Assembly (NCBI GenBank): GCA_010093705.1
Contig: MU006111.1
Location: forward strand, 62,001 to 126,000
Reading direction: 5' to 3'
DNA from: Patellaria atrata CBS 101060
Taxonomy: Eukaryota
Length of the DNA: 64,000 nt
Shown: positions 1 through 10,877 of the stretch, one piece after another
Numbering within the stretch: position 1 is the stretch's first letter
Layout: every line of letters begins with the position of its first letter
Translations under genes and position numbers: made by a program
Notes under the pieces: model-generated
The model's database searches: none
Seen by the model: only the letters and a program-made list of their open reading frames with translations
Told to the model about the DNA's origin: nothing

Positions 1-624
1 TAGGCCTGCATTTACGAGATGAATACTCTCCCTTAGCAACGCGAATGCCAGTCGATTCGCCACGAAGCCGGTGTACTCCTTTTTGATGACCACTGGGCTA
101 CGACCACGGGCACGCCAAAAGGCCAATGTTCGATCAATGACTCTCTGGTCGGTTTGTGACGAAGGGACGAGCTCTAGCAATGGCATTATATGAGGAGGAT
201 TATACGGATGCACCACTAAGAGCCGGGACGGATCTTTCATGTTTACAGCTTGCGCGGAAGCAGGTATTCCCGAAGTGCTACTCCAAAACAATGCATCCCC
301 CGGAGCGAGTTTCTCAACCTCAGGCCATAAGGATGATTTAAATGATAGGCTTTCAGGGCCTTGCTCCTGGATGATGGTGGCGTTCTCGACTGCGGATTCC
401 AGTGTTGAAGCTATACGGATATCTTTGGCAAGTCCATGTTGACGGGGAGGTAGATATTGCGGAAGCGTGAAATGCACGTACTCTCGAATATCAGACCGAG
501 TATCATAGATACATAGCTGTTCCGGCCTGGTAAGATGCGCTAAATGCAATGCAGCAAGTGAGAGACCGATAGTTCCTGAACCGATCAGGGTGATCCGCGT
601 TTCACTATTCTTAACCTCTGCCAT
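1..624 (-). CDS. 3-hydroxyacyl-CoA dehydrogenase (lambda-crystallin/carnitine dehydrogenase-like), 5' part; runs off the window start
   Basis: Manual translation from the ATG at 624: MAEVKNSETRITLIGSGTIG (Rossmann GxGxxG)...IIQEQGPESLSFK...FWSSTSGIPAS...VVHPYNPPHIMPLLELVP...GFVANRLAFALLRE. These are the typical 3HCDH N- and C-domain motifs. It is absent from the ORF track because no stop falls inside the window. Confidence 0.9.
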   Translation of the reverse strand, partial: MAEVKNSETRITLIGSGTIGLSLAALHLAHLTRPEQLCIYDTRSDIREYVHFTLPQYLPPRQHGLAKDIRIASTLESAVENATIIQEQGPESLSFKSSLWPEVEKLAPGDALFWSSTSGIPASAQAVNMKDPSRLLVVHPYNPPHIMPLLELVPSSQTDQRVIDRTLAFWRARGRSPVVIKKEYTGFVANRLAFALLRESIHLVNAGL

Positions 625-783
625 ATCTTCGAGTCGGATATTTATATCAGATACATGATGCCTTTTCTTACTCTAGATTTCTACTGATTTTGTGGGCTTA
701 GCCGATAAATCTTCCCCGCATGAGATTTTGTTCCACATACCGCATTAAGTTACCGAGAATTGCCATCATGTAGTTCAAAGATT

Positions 784-789
784 CCTCGG
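784..789 (+). promoter_or_regulatory. CCTCGG FarA/FarB-type motif in the divergent promoter
   Basis: Exact CCTCGG in the 278-bp gap between the dehydrogenase and the CoA ligase. CCTCGG is the established Aspergillus FarA/FarB site of beta-oxidation and peroxisomal genes. A single hexamer can occur by chance. Confidence 0.4.
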
Positions 790-902
790 ACGGTAAGTTC
801 CTGATAATTTCGAAGTCCGAGCAAATTTGATCATGTCTCTCTGGAAGTACTTCCGCTATTTCTTCTGACAGAACCGGACGTATTGTTAGTGAGTATGATA
901 AG

Positions 903-2710
903 ATGACTATTTTCAAATCCCGTCATCCACGGATAGACAGTAAATATCCCTATATTTAAAAAATATACTGCATTTTCTCACTGACTGTTTAACAGTTCCG
1001 ACGGACCTCACAACATGGGACTGGCTATTTGATTCTAAGAAGTACTCCCCAATCCAGAAGTATCCCGAGTTTGAGCTCGCCGGATATACCAACGCAGTGA
1101 CTAAGGACCGTCTTAACTGGAAAGACGTTAAACAGAATGCTACCTGGTTCTCTACGGCATTAGTGAAGCAGTATGGCTTCCAGCCGGGAGAGACTATATC
1201 CTTGTTCAGCAGGAATACCATATGGTATCCTGTGAGTATGTTTGGTGCCAACCGTGTAGGTTGGTAGCTTCCCATTCCCAACTGATACTACATCCAATTT
1301 TTGACCAGATGTCGCTTCTTTACAGGCGGGGTTGTATCTGGCGCTTCGCCGGCGTATAACGTTGAAGAGATGGCATATGCTCTGAAAACAGCACAGTCCA
1401 AGTTTCTGATGACATCTCCAACGTCCATGGATGTCGCCGCAGCAGCAGCGAAGGAAGCAGGCTTACCGCGAGAGAATATTATTCTCCTTGAAGGCGAACT
1501 GAAAGGTTACAAGACAATTCACGATCTAATTACGATTGGTAAAGGTTACGGCGAGCAAGGCCAGACTCCCGCTTTCAAGAATCCCCCAGGCAAGAAGAAT
1601 AACGATATCTGTGGCTTCCTCTCTTTCAGTTCAGGCACTACTGGTCTCCCGAAAGCAGTCATGATCAGTCACCAGAATGTAATCGCACAGTGTCTGCAGA
1701 TCCTACAGATAGCACCGCCAGACCTTAGAAAGGTCCTCGCCGTTCTCCCCCTCTTCCACATCACAGGTCTCGTCCACCAACTGCATTTCCCCATCCTGTT
1801 CAACGCAGAGGTCTTCATGACCCCAACTTTCACCATGAAGATCCTCCTAGATACTGTCACTCAAAATGACATCCGTGAGCTGCTGCTCGTCCCCCCTATC
1901 ATAATCCGTCTCGTACGTGACCCACTTGTCTCCAAATACGATCTCAGTCGCATCCTCCGCTTCTCATCTGGCGCCGCGCCGCTCTCCGCCGAGATCCTCC
2001 AGCAACTGCAACAAAAGTTCCCACACACGAGCTTCAAGCAAGGGTACGGCATGACCGAATCCTGCAGCTGCATCACCGCGCACCCGACCGACAAGTACGA
2101 CTACCGTTACGCCCACACGGGCGGTGCCATTGTCGCTAACACCGAAGTCAAGATCATCGGCGATGACGGGAGTGAGGTCGGGGTTGGCGAGCCTGGAGAG
2201 ATCCTTGCTCGAGGACCCCAGATCGTGATGGGGTATTTAGGAAACGAAAAGGCGACGCGGGAGACTTTTGATGCTGACGGTTGGTTGCATACGGGTGATC
2301 GGGGTAGTATCGACGAGGAGGGCATGCTTACCATCTCCGATCGGATTAAGGAGCTCATCAAGGTTAAAGGAATTGGTGTCGCACCGGCGGAGCTTGAAGA
2401 CCTGCTTCTCGCCCATCCAAAGATTGAAGATGTCGCTGTACTGGGTATGCCAGATGACTATTCCGGAGAGTTGCCCAAGGCATATGTCGTGCTAAGACCT
2501 GGTGTTCGGGAAAGCCAGGATATCGGAAGGGAGATTTTAAAGTTCGTGATGGGGAAGAAGACGAGGTACAAGTGGGTAAGGGAGGTGGAGTTTGTCAAAG
2601 AAATTCCGAAAAGCGCTTCTGGAAAGATCTTAAGAAGGGTGTTAAGGGACAAGGCTAAGAGCGAGCAGGATAGGGGTTTAGTTGTTCGAGATGAGAGGGC
2701 CAAGTTGTGA
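903..2710 (+). CDS. 4-coumarate/phenylacetate-CoA ligase-like AMP-binding enzyme, peroxisomal (PTS1 -AKL); 2 introns
   Basis: ATG at 903 (MTIFKSRHPRID), intron gtaaat..aacag, then IPTDLTTWDWLF, intron gttggt..tacag. Motifs: FSSGTTGLPK (AMP-binding), QGYGMTE, GWLHTGD, DRIKELIKVKG, PKSASGKILRR. C-terminus is RAKL. Confidence 0.92.
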
Positions 2711-3267
2711 AATGTATTTCGAGAGGTATCGATGTAGCTTTTATAATGATCCAAGTTGCCCCTATTTTGGCACCTTTACCAATCGTGGTTTTGCTTTGGA
2801 GTTTTGACATAGAGACCCTCTTATAGATATGGACTACGAGGACTTTATGACTTCCCTTGCTTTACGGTTCTCGCATTCACAAAATTCAGGTCGTATTGTA
2901 CAATATCCATATTATTCATTTAAGTTGTACGGCTCAATAGACTTCCCAAAAAGAACCGTACAAGAAGACTACTATAATAGAGTGTAGAAATCAGGCAGAT
3001 CGCGTAAATGTAGGTATATGATCTATTTGGTCATTAGGCGCTATATAACAAAATATTAACAGTTAACAATAACCTATCTCCACCGCCCAGAGACCCAACG
3101 ATGGTATGTCCCAAACATCTTCAGTAGCTGATCAAACAAAGATATGCCTCCCGAAAAGCCTACAAGCTGGTATCCTCGCTTCTATCCTACCTCATTCAAT
3201 CAGCCTGCAATCTACATCCTCCTCTTGAAACAATGATGCCACCATCCAAACGCAGTCTTGCCACCTC

Positions 3268-4588
3268 TTACATTTCATACACATCCCTCCTCTCCGGATG
3301 CCCCATCTGCTGCTGTCCCTGCTGCGGAGGGCTCTGATGAATTCCATCGCCGCCCTGGTGAGCCGGTTGCACATATCCAGGCTGCGGGCTATGCGGGGCC
3401 CATTGCTGCTGCCCCTGCTGATACTGAGGCGGGGGAGGACTCTGTGGGCTCATGGGATACTGCTGCACACCTGCACCCTTTACATCTTGGCCATACTGAC
3501 CTTGTGCCGCTCCAACAGGGCCGCCGGCAAAGTACTGGTCCTGCGCGGGATGGGGTTGTTGGTATTGTTGTTGGTGTGCGACGGGAGGGGATTGCTGATA
3601 AGGAGAGGCACCATTGGGGTGAGGGGATTGCTGGGTCATAGCGGGAGTAGCGGTGGGCGCGGTAGATTGATTCTTGTTCTTGCGTTTGCGGAGGAGGAAG
3701 AAGGCGAGTAGACCGCCGATTATGGCGAGCACGGCTACGCCGCCCACAACACCGCCGACGATGGCGCCGACAGGGGTACCACTATCATCATCGTCGTTAT
3801 TATCGTCATCACCGCTGACGGAAGTTGGGCTTAAGCTGCTCGTTGAATCAGTCGAGTCGGCCGTCGCGGTTTGGTCCACAAAGTCTACATCGCTGGCCGT
3901 AGTACGGGACGACCTCGTCGCGCTCAGTGAGCCGGTGGTGATCTCCCATCCCGTGACAGCTGCCTCAGGGACAACAAACATGTCCAACGAGGTTGTAATG
4001 ATATCCGAAATCTCGGTGAACATAGTAACCCAGGAGGAGCCAGGGTCTGTACCGCAGCCGAAATCTGCGATTGCGGGGCCTGGGTAGGTCCAGGAGCGAC
4101 AGTACGGGCTAGCAATGTTGGAACACTTGCGGATGAAGTCGTTCAGGGAGCAGCTGAGGTCGCACTGGTTGGACTGAATGGCCTCATAATCGAGACACTG
4201 GTTCGACCAGCCGCAGTCCTGGTAGTTGGATCCGAGACAACAGCCCGCCATACCAACCTGGTTCTCGGGTTCATAGAGGACGCAGGTGCGGAGGCTGTTG
4301 CAGGATAGTGCGCCGCCTTTATTATTTATTATTTACTTTGAATGTACGTATATACATCGGTATGCTGGGAAACTCACCATATGATCCACCTTGCCAACCG
4401 CACGTATTAGCTCCCACAGAGAGTTGTCTCTTCTTTAGCTCTTGAGGACTCGGGGCTTCAGTCGGTTTAGGAGTAAAACCAACGACATCCTTGAGGAGTT
4501 GGGTGGGATGTGGTGCTTCGAACGAAACGCATTGAGAGAGATGGAGGAAGCCGAGAAGGGCAAGGGCGCGAGCAAGACGCGATGCCAT
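3268..4588 (-). CDS. Type I membrane protein: signal peptide, Cys-rich ectodomain, Ser/Thr stalk, one TM helix, Gln/Pro-rich tail
   Basis: Signal MASRLARALALLGFLHLSQC, KKR Kex2-like site, intron gtgagt..taaag, about 12 Cys, TM segment GAIVGGVVGGVAVLAIIGGLLAFFLL followed by RKRK, tail ending ERRDVYEM. Confidence 0.82.
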
Positions 4589-5745
4589 TTTCTGAGTATT
4601 ACTGATATTAACACGTCCCGTTGATATATCCACTGGAATATAATGATTGAAGGACGAATGGAATCTTCAATGGACTCGTTCTACACCAAAAAGGAAGGGT
4701 AGAAGGAAGGTGAATAATGGGCCCAAAAGGTCGTCGAACCTTCAGACTTAACAAGGCGGGCCACAACAAGATTTAAAGTGAGTAGAATCGGTAGATGAGG
4801 AGCCGGAACGAGCTAAAATCCACACCGGAACGTAGATATACATACTGTATTATTTTGGCATTGTTTTTAAGCATCACGACTCGTAGATGGGGTAAGTTTT
4901 ATTCCCAATTAGGATAGAGACGTGGGTTGCTTTCTTGCCTGATTAGCGCTAGAGAATGAAAAGGGGTGAACTTGCTGAAGTGACTAAACTAGATTTGACT
5001 AGAGTACTCGATACTGTATGGAGATGATTCATTGCCTATTACATCGACCGTAAAGTTACAGTATATTGTACATGTCCTTTGTACTCTGTATAGCACCACA
5101 AAGGCTGACGAGCACCAGATTTCTGATCTTTTGTTGCCCTCGATTACAGTATAGTATAGTATACCGAGTAGTATAGTAATCATATGATTATTCTCCCTCT
5201 ACAACGACAATAATCAGCACTCCGTTTTTACATTTACCGTAAGGTAGCGATGTCAATATTGTACAGTTACCTCAAGAAACTAAACGCTCAGCCGCACGCA
5301 CGTCCCCGGTACACGGCACGATTGATCCACAGCACGAGTAGCCATGATAGGATGGAAGAGGATGCCACGATGCGAAATACGAAAACCAGCTGGAACGGGC
5401 ATAAAAGTTGTAAGTCGTATGTACAAAGTATTGTTGTTGGTTTCCGGTGAGTTTCATATCCTAGTTTTGCAGTTCTATAACATCAGGGAAATATATTTCC
5501 CGAATCCGAAAGCACCCACTATCAAGTATCTCAACTTCTTTCAGAGGGCCGGCCAACATGAATGGAAGAGCTATCGTGCCTTCGTATACTCGTAATACTG
5601 TTCATCTTAATTTCGGAAAGAACTACATTGCTACATCGAGAATTTACCCTAATCCGCCGTCCACCAGTCTGTCCTTCACAACGAACACTAACGCCAACAT
5701 GCTTCCAGTAAAACCCTTTTCTGGCCACATTGTGTGATGTCGCAA

Positions 5746-6909
5746 TTAAGCGCTCACACCGAGGGCATCATTGAAAGCATCCGCCGCCGCTTGTCCCGCC
5801 AAAGCTGCCGCAGCTTGCGCTCCTCTAGCAGCGGCATCGATCGCCGCCTGGCTGGCCTCGCAGTTCGACTTTAGTCTGTCCTGAATGAAGCTGGTGATTA
5901 CACCGATATTGAGTGCAGAGCCGTGCGTGTAAGAGTCCTGGTTCGCCGGCGCGAAAGAATTCTCTTTGCGTCCGTCGAGACCGGCGGCGAAGATGATGGC
6001 CGGGCTGTCACAGTTGCCGAAATCGATCCCGCCGGTAGCAGCATCGTCAGCGGCATTGTCAGCAGCAGCATCCTCCTCCTGTGCGTTGTCGGCATTGGCA
6101 TCAGCACCGGCATCAACTTCGGGAGCAGGGCACTCTAAAACCTGATCCGCAGCGTTACCAGCACCAGCTCCGACATCGATATCAGCAACAGCAGCATCGA
6201 TTTCTTCCGGAGTAGCGTCAGGAACCAAAAGATTCTGGGAAAATATACATCCGGCGGCATCATTCTCATCGTTGCAAGTATTACCAGCTGCGGTTGCATC
6301 GTTGAGGTCGCCAGGAGCAAACGTGCCTGCTTTGAGCGCATCTTGCGGGTCACCTCCAATTGAGGCAATCTGTCTGGCTAACTCTAGAGTAATTGCCTTG
6401 TTCTCTTCCGCTGCGTTATCTGATGCAGGGTCCTATGATCGTTAACTTTGGATGTATGCTGACAAAGTTGAGTATCATCTTACTTGATGCTGGGTCAGAG
6501 CGGCAATCTCAGGGTTAACGGCTTCAAGGCTGGTGCAAAGAACGCTCTTTAGGCCAACCTGACCGGTATTTCGCTCAAGAGCACGGAATATCAGCGCGGT
6601 GGTCATGCCTTCAATATCACCTGCCTCCTTAGCGTTCGTAAAGGCCCGGTCTGCCGTAGCTTGTTGTAGGCAGTCCGGATCTTCAATGTTTCCCAAACCT
6701 GCCGAGGCTGCAGCGTTACCGAGGAGGCCGAAAACTGCATCCACGATTCCGTCCGGGTTGTTCAATTTCAAGAAGGTGTTCGTGAGGTCAAGTTGGGGCT
6801 GGTGACTGTGTTCTTGAGGTACCTCGCGGCGATAGACCATCAACCGAACCGGTCGGGCAGATGCGAGACCCGCCAGCAGGGGAAGGGAGAGGAGGAATTG
6901 GTGCTTCAT
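5746..6909 (-). CDS. Secreted Ala/Asp-rich protein of the uncharacterised fungal 'EVPQEHSH' type; 1 intron
   Basis: Signal MKHQFLLSLPLLAGLASA, then RR|EVPQEHSH. Intron gtaaga..atag joins ALTQHQ|DPASDNAAEENKAITLELARQIASIGGDP to the 5746..6228 ORF. Acidic linker followed by a C-terminal Cys-containing domain. Confidence 0.8.
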
Positions 6910-8003
6910 GATGGACTACTTGGGGTGCAGCAGAGGCAAATTTCGATCCAGCGTAGAACTAAAGGACGAATGAAAAGAATGTGACTCGAAATATGTACTC
7001 GAAAAGTAAGGACCGGCCGCAATCGAATCCTCCAGAGGAACGATTGTAGAAACGAAAGTAAAAAAGAATGTAGAGAAAGGAACAAATTTGGAGAGAACTT
7101 AAGATGTTCGATGCGAAATCAACTGAGAAGCCGGCTTAAGTGGCGACAGGACGCTTTATAACTTATAAGGTCGATATACGCAGTACTGTACTTATTATTA
7201 CACTTACCTTCAGGTTATGGATACCGGGGACGCCACAATGTCCCCCAGAACTAGTTCTAATGATTGTGTCTGAAGGAGTTGAGGCACGGACGCATGAACC
7301 TCGACTTGGCTAATGGCTAGTGTCTGTCCATTGAATCCACACAGTAGGGGGGAAAGACTTGCGGATGATATCTCTGCATTGACTCGATGTGGTGTTTGAA
7401 GTCTTTTGAGATGGTGGAATCGTGCTGTCTCAAGTTTGCAGGCGAGAACCCCGGACTTGGCAATCTGAAACCGTTCCGATGGACTTTTGCATGAAGAATC
7501 GAGAGAAATAGCTGAGGATAGTTGATAGAGCTAAACAACAAGACCCATTGTGGAGAACCGGAAGAATAACAATATCAAACTCTCCTTCCGCACCAGCGTA
7601 GCTGGAGAAACCACCTGCAAAGCCACAAGCGCTCTCGGAACTGCCTTGATTTTTGCTGTCAACTCTTTCGCCTCCAAATCTCTGTATATTTAGCAAAATA
7701 ACAGTCCCATGTTCCAAAATATGCGCCCAAAAAAATGAAAAAAAAAATAAAAATAAAAAAGAAATAGTCAAGAATTCTTAGCTCTTCACAATGTGCGAAT
7801 GTTAACATAGTTTTGATTGTGTGGAGATATGATGCAATGATCTACAGTATTGAGGCATGAGGAACAGGAGTAATAATGTGAAACGAGAATAACCTTGATC
7901 GGGAATGGAGATCCCATCTCCGATCAAGACCCAGTGAAACTCCAAGCTGCATCATTAAAACCTATTATAAGTTCCAGAATTAAATCTAAACGCCCGGTCT
8001 CAA

Positions 8004-9866
8004 TTATTCGCCATGGCTTTTCTGGGCATCTTCCCAAAATGCAACTTTCACCCCTCCCAGAGGCTGGAGAATAATATCTGATTTCATTTTCGGTGCTTCG
8101 CCATTCCTAAACTCTACGGAGGCATATTTTTGGAATACTCGGGTGATGGTATATGCCATTTCCGTAAGCGCGAATTGTTGCCCAATGCATATACGGGGAC
8201 CGCCATTAAAGGGTATGTATCTTTAAGAAGAGAGAGTTAGACATCTTTGCTTGGAAGAATATGAATTGCGTCCGTTATTTTACTTACGTCCAACTTTTGG
8301 GAGTCCAATGGTACCACCGATCAGGGGCGAACTCGTTGATTGGAGGGAAGTCTGGAGATACTGGCGGATACAGATCCTCGCGGCGTTGTAAAACGAGCGG
8401 CGAGAAAGCAATGATAGTATCCTTCAATACGCCAATGGGCTCAGTACCATCAGGCCCACCTCCCGTTGGCAGAGTGGTGTTGTTAAGAGCGACTCGGACA
8501 TTGAATGGCAGTATTGGGTAAAGACGAAGCGTCTCGTTGATAACATGCTGTTACAGTATGAGCCATGCTGAAGTCAAAAAGACACTGATAGGCATTTAAG
8601 CATACTTGTAGGTACTTCATCGATTTGAGATTTTCATATGTTGGTATTCTATCATGACCGACTGTATCGAATATCTCCCGACGTAACTTCCATTGAATGG
8701 AGGGGTGGATAGAAAGCTGATAAAAGATCCAGGATAGTGTCGAAGCCGTTGTGTCTCGCCCAGCTATCAGCACGGATACGATCTGATCGCGAAGTACTGT
8801 GCGATCTTTTGTATAACCAGCAAGAGCATGGAGAAAAGTATATCCCTCGTCAAGTTTTGATTTGGTGTCGATCTCTTCGGGTGATAGGCGTAGAACCCTT
8901 TCTACGAAAGGATTGACGAAATCATCAATAACTTTGATACCATCATGGAACTTCGCCCAAGTGGACCTCGACAGAAAAACACTAAATGGGCTGCTTTTGT
9001 TAGCTAATTGAGGAATTACCCACGGAAGAGGAATTTCACCCTAATGTGCCCTTGAGGTTTTGAATTTCGCTCACCTCTTTAAAGGCCTCGGCAAACCGAA
9101 TTTGGGGATTATTCATACTATCAACGCTGTGGCCTAGTAGAAATTCTGTTGATGCATCAAGGGCGTATCTGGGTGTGGCTTAAGTATGTCTGATTTGCAT
9201 GCCGAATGTTATAACTGCGTACCTGAAGAAAAGATCCCCTACGTTCACTTCCTGGCCTCTCCCACCTAATTTGGATAACAGAATAGACACGTTACGCTCG
9301 AACACGGCTAAATCGCTCACCCTAGTCTTGATGAATTGAGGTCGGAGTAGTTGCCGAGATTGATACCACTTCTCTCCATCCATAGTGAAGATACCTAATA
9401 AAAAGTTAGGTGGCCTAATTCCTATGATCGAGTGTACTATGGGAAGCGGTTTCAACGTACTATCACCGAGAAAATCATGCCAATCATGATAGAGCTGTAA
9501 ACCCTTACCGTAGTCAGCAAATTGACTTGCTAACACCGCTTTGATATTCTCATGGTCTGCCGTGAATATGACTCTACCTCCACCAGGATACAGTTCAATC
9601 GTCCATGGATTTCGATGGTGCCCATAGTGAGCGAACAAGTGTTGCCACAATTCATATTGGGTGTGATTCTTCACATGCTTGACAAACTTGAACAGAATTT
9701 CAATTCCATATGGAAGATAATGTCTTCTTCCGGAAGCACGAGTTCCTAGCTTTTGGATATTACGACTTTCATTAGACCTTTGAGCAAGGTGGACGGTGAA
9801 TAATGTCACCGTAAAAAGAACAATGACATTGAGCAGAGAAGCATGATGTAGAATATATTCTAACAT
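8004..9866 (-). CDS. Cytochrome P450, CYP52-like (alkane/fatty-acid hydroxylase clan); several introns
   Basis: N-terminal TM anchor, IFTMDGEKWYQSRQLLRPQF, I-helix AGRDTTA, K-helix ETLR, PDRW, heme motif PFNGGPRICIGQQFA. Stop TAA at 8004-8006. Confidence 0.92.
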
Positions 9867-10877
9867 ATTGTTGATTGTCCAAGTCTCTAATAGGGGAAGG
9901 AGGGTTGACCGATTTATAAGACTTGAAGAAAGGCTGAAATCGTTACCAGCGCAACAAACTACCTTGTAGGAAAAGTTTCTATTATGAATGAGTCAACGAA
10001 TACGAGACCTTCGTGTCACTCAAAGAGTTGTAGAAATAATAAAGGAGACCCGTTATTGGTGTAGCTAAATTCTAAGTGATGCCTTGACTAGCGTGGAGTC
10101 AGACTGTCAGATACGCTGGACCTAAATGCACGATACACACCGGTACTTGTAAGCAACCAAAGATATAGGGGAATGAAAGATGTTCTGTGCATTTTGAGAG
10201 TACTGTACTCCGTATTCCACGAGGTATGGGATGGCGAAGCGCAGGTGGCGGGGTTCGGGGTATCATGGGTATCATCCTCCACTTACAGTAGTCTTTAGCA
10301 TGGAATTAGTCTAACCCACTTTCGTAACGCTTGCGACAGCTGATATTCAGTCTCAGATTTCTATATAGATAGAGTCGCTCGCGAAGAATTTCCCATCTCA
10401 CACAGAGAACACTGGCCTGTCGTTTAGGTTTGATTGCGAACGTGCCATAAAGAAGAGTTTACGGTACCTCAGCAAAGCATCTGACTATGGAATCGCATGA
10501 GAATTGTATGTTAAGCGGGGATCTGAACACCGCGAATAATCTTACTATAGATGTCATGCCAATTGTTGAAATCTTAGTATTCTGGTCGTGTCAGCATAAA
10601 CCTAATGCTTGCATCAAAGGTTCCGGGTTTTGGCCTTGAGGAGATGGAAACCCCTTTATCTGGTTCACGGGCTCCCATCAGAGTGAGTCGAAGCTGGCTC
10701 ATCTGATCTTGGAAGTGGCTAATTCACTTGTTGATCATCGTGAGGAGTTCTTCAGCTTCCAGTCACGCTCCCTTCTGCGAATGAAGGAGCCAGATATGAT
10801 TTCCACTTGTTAGGTGCTTCATATTCTAGCAATTTCTGGCCTATTCGAATAGTCTTTCCCCGTACAATATCGAGAAT

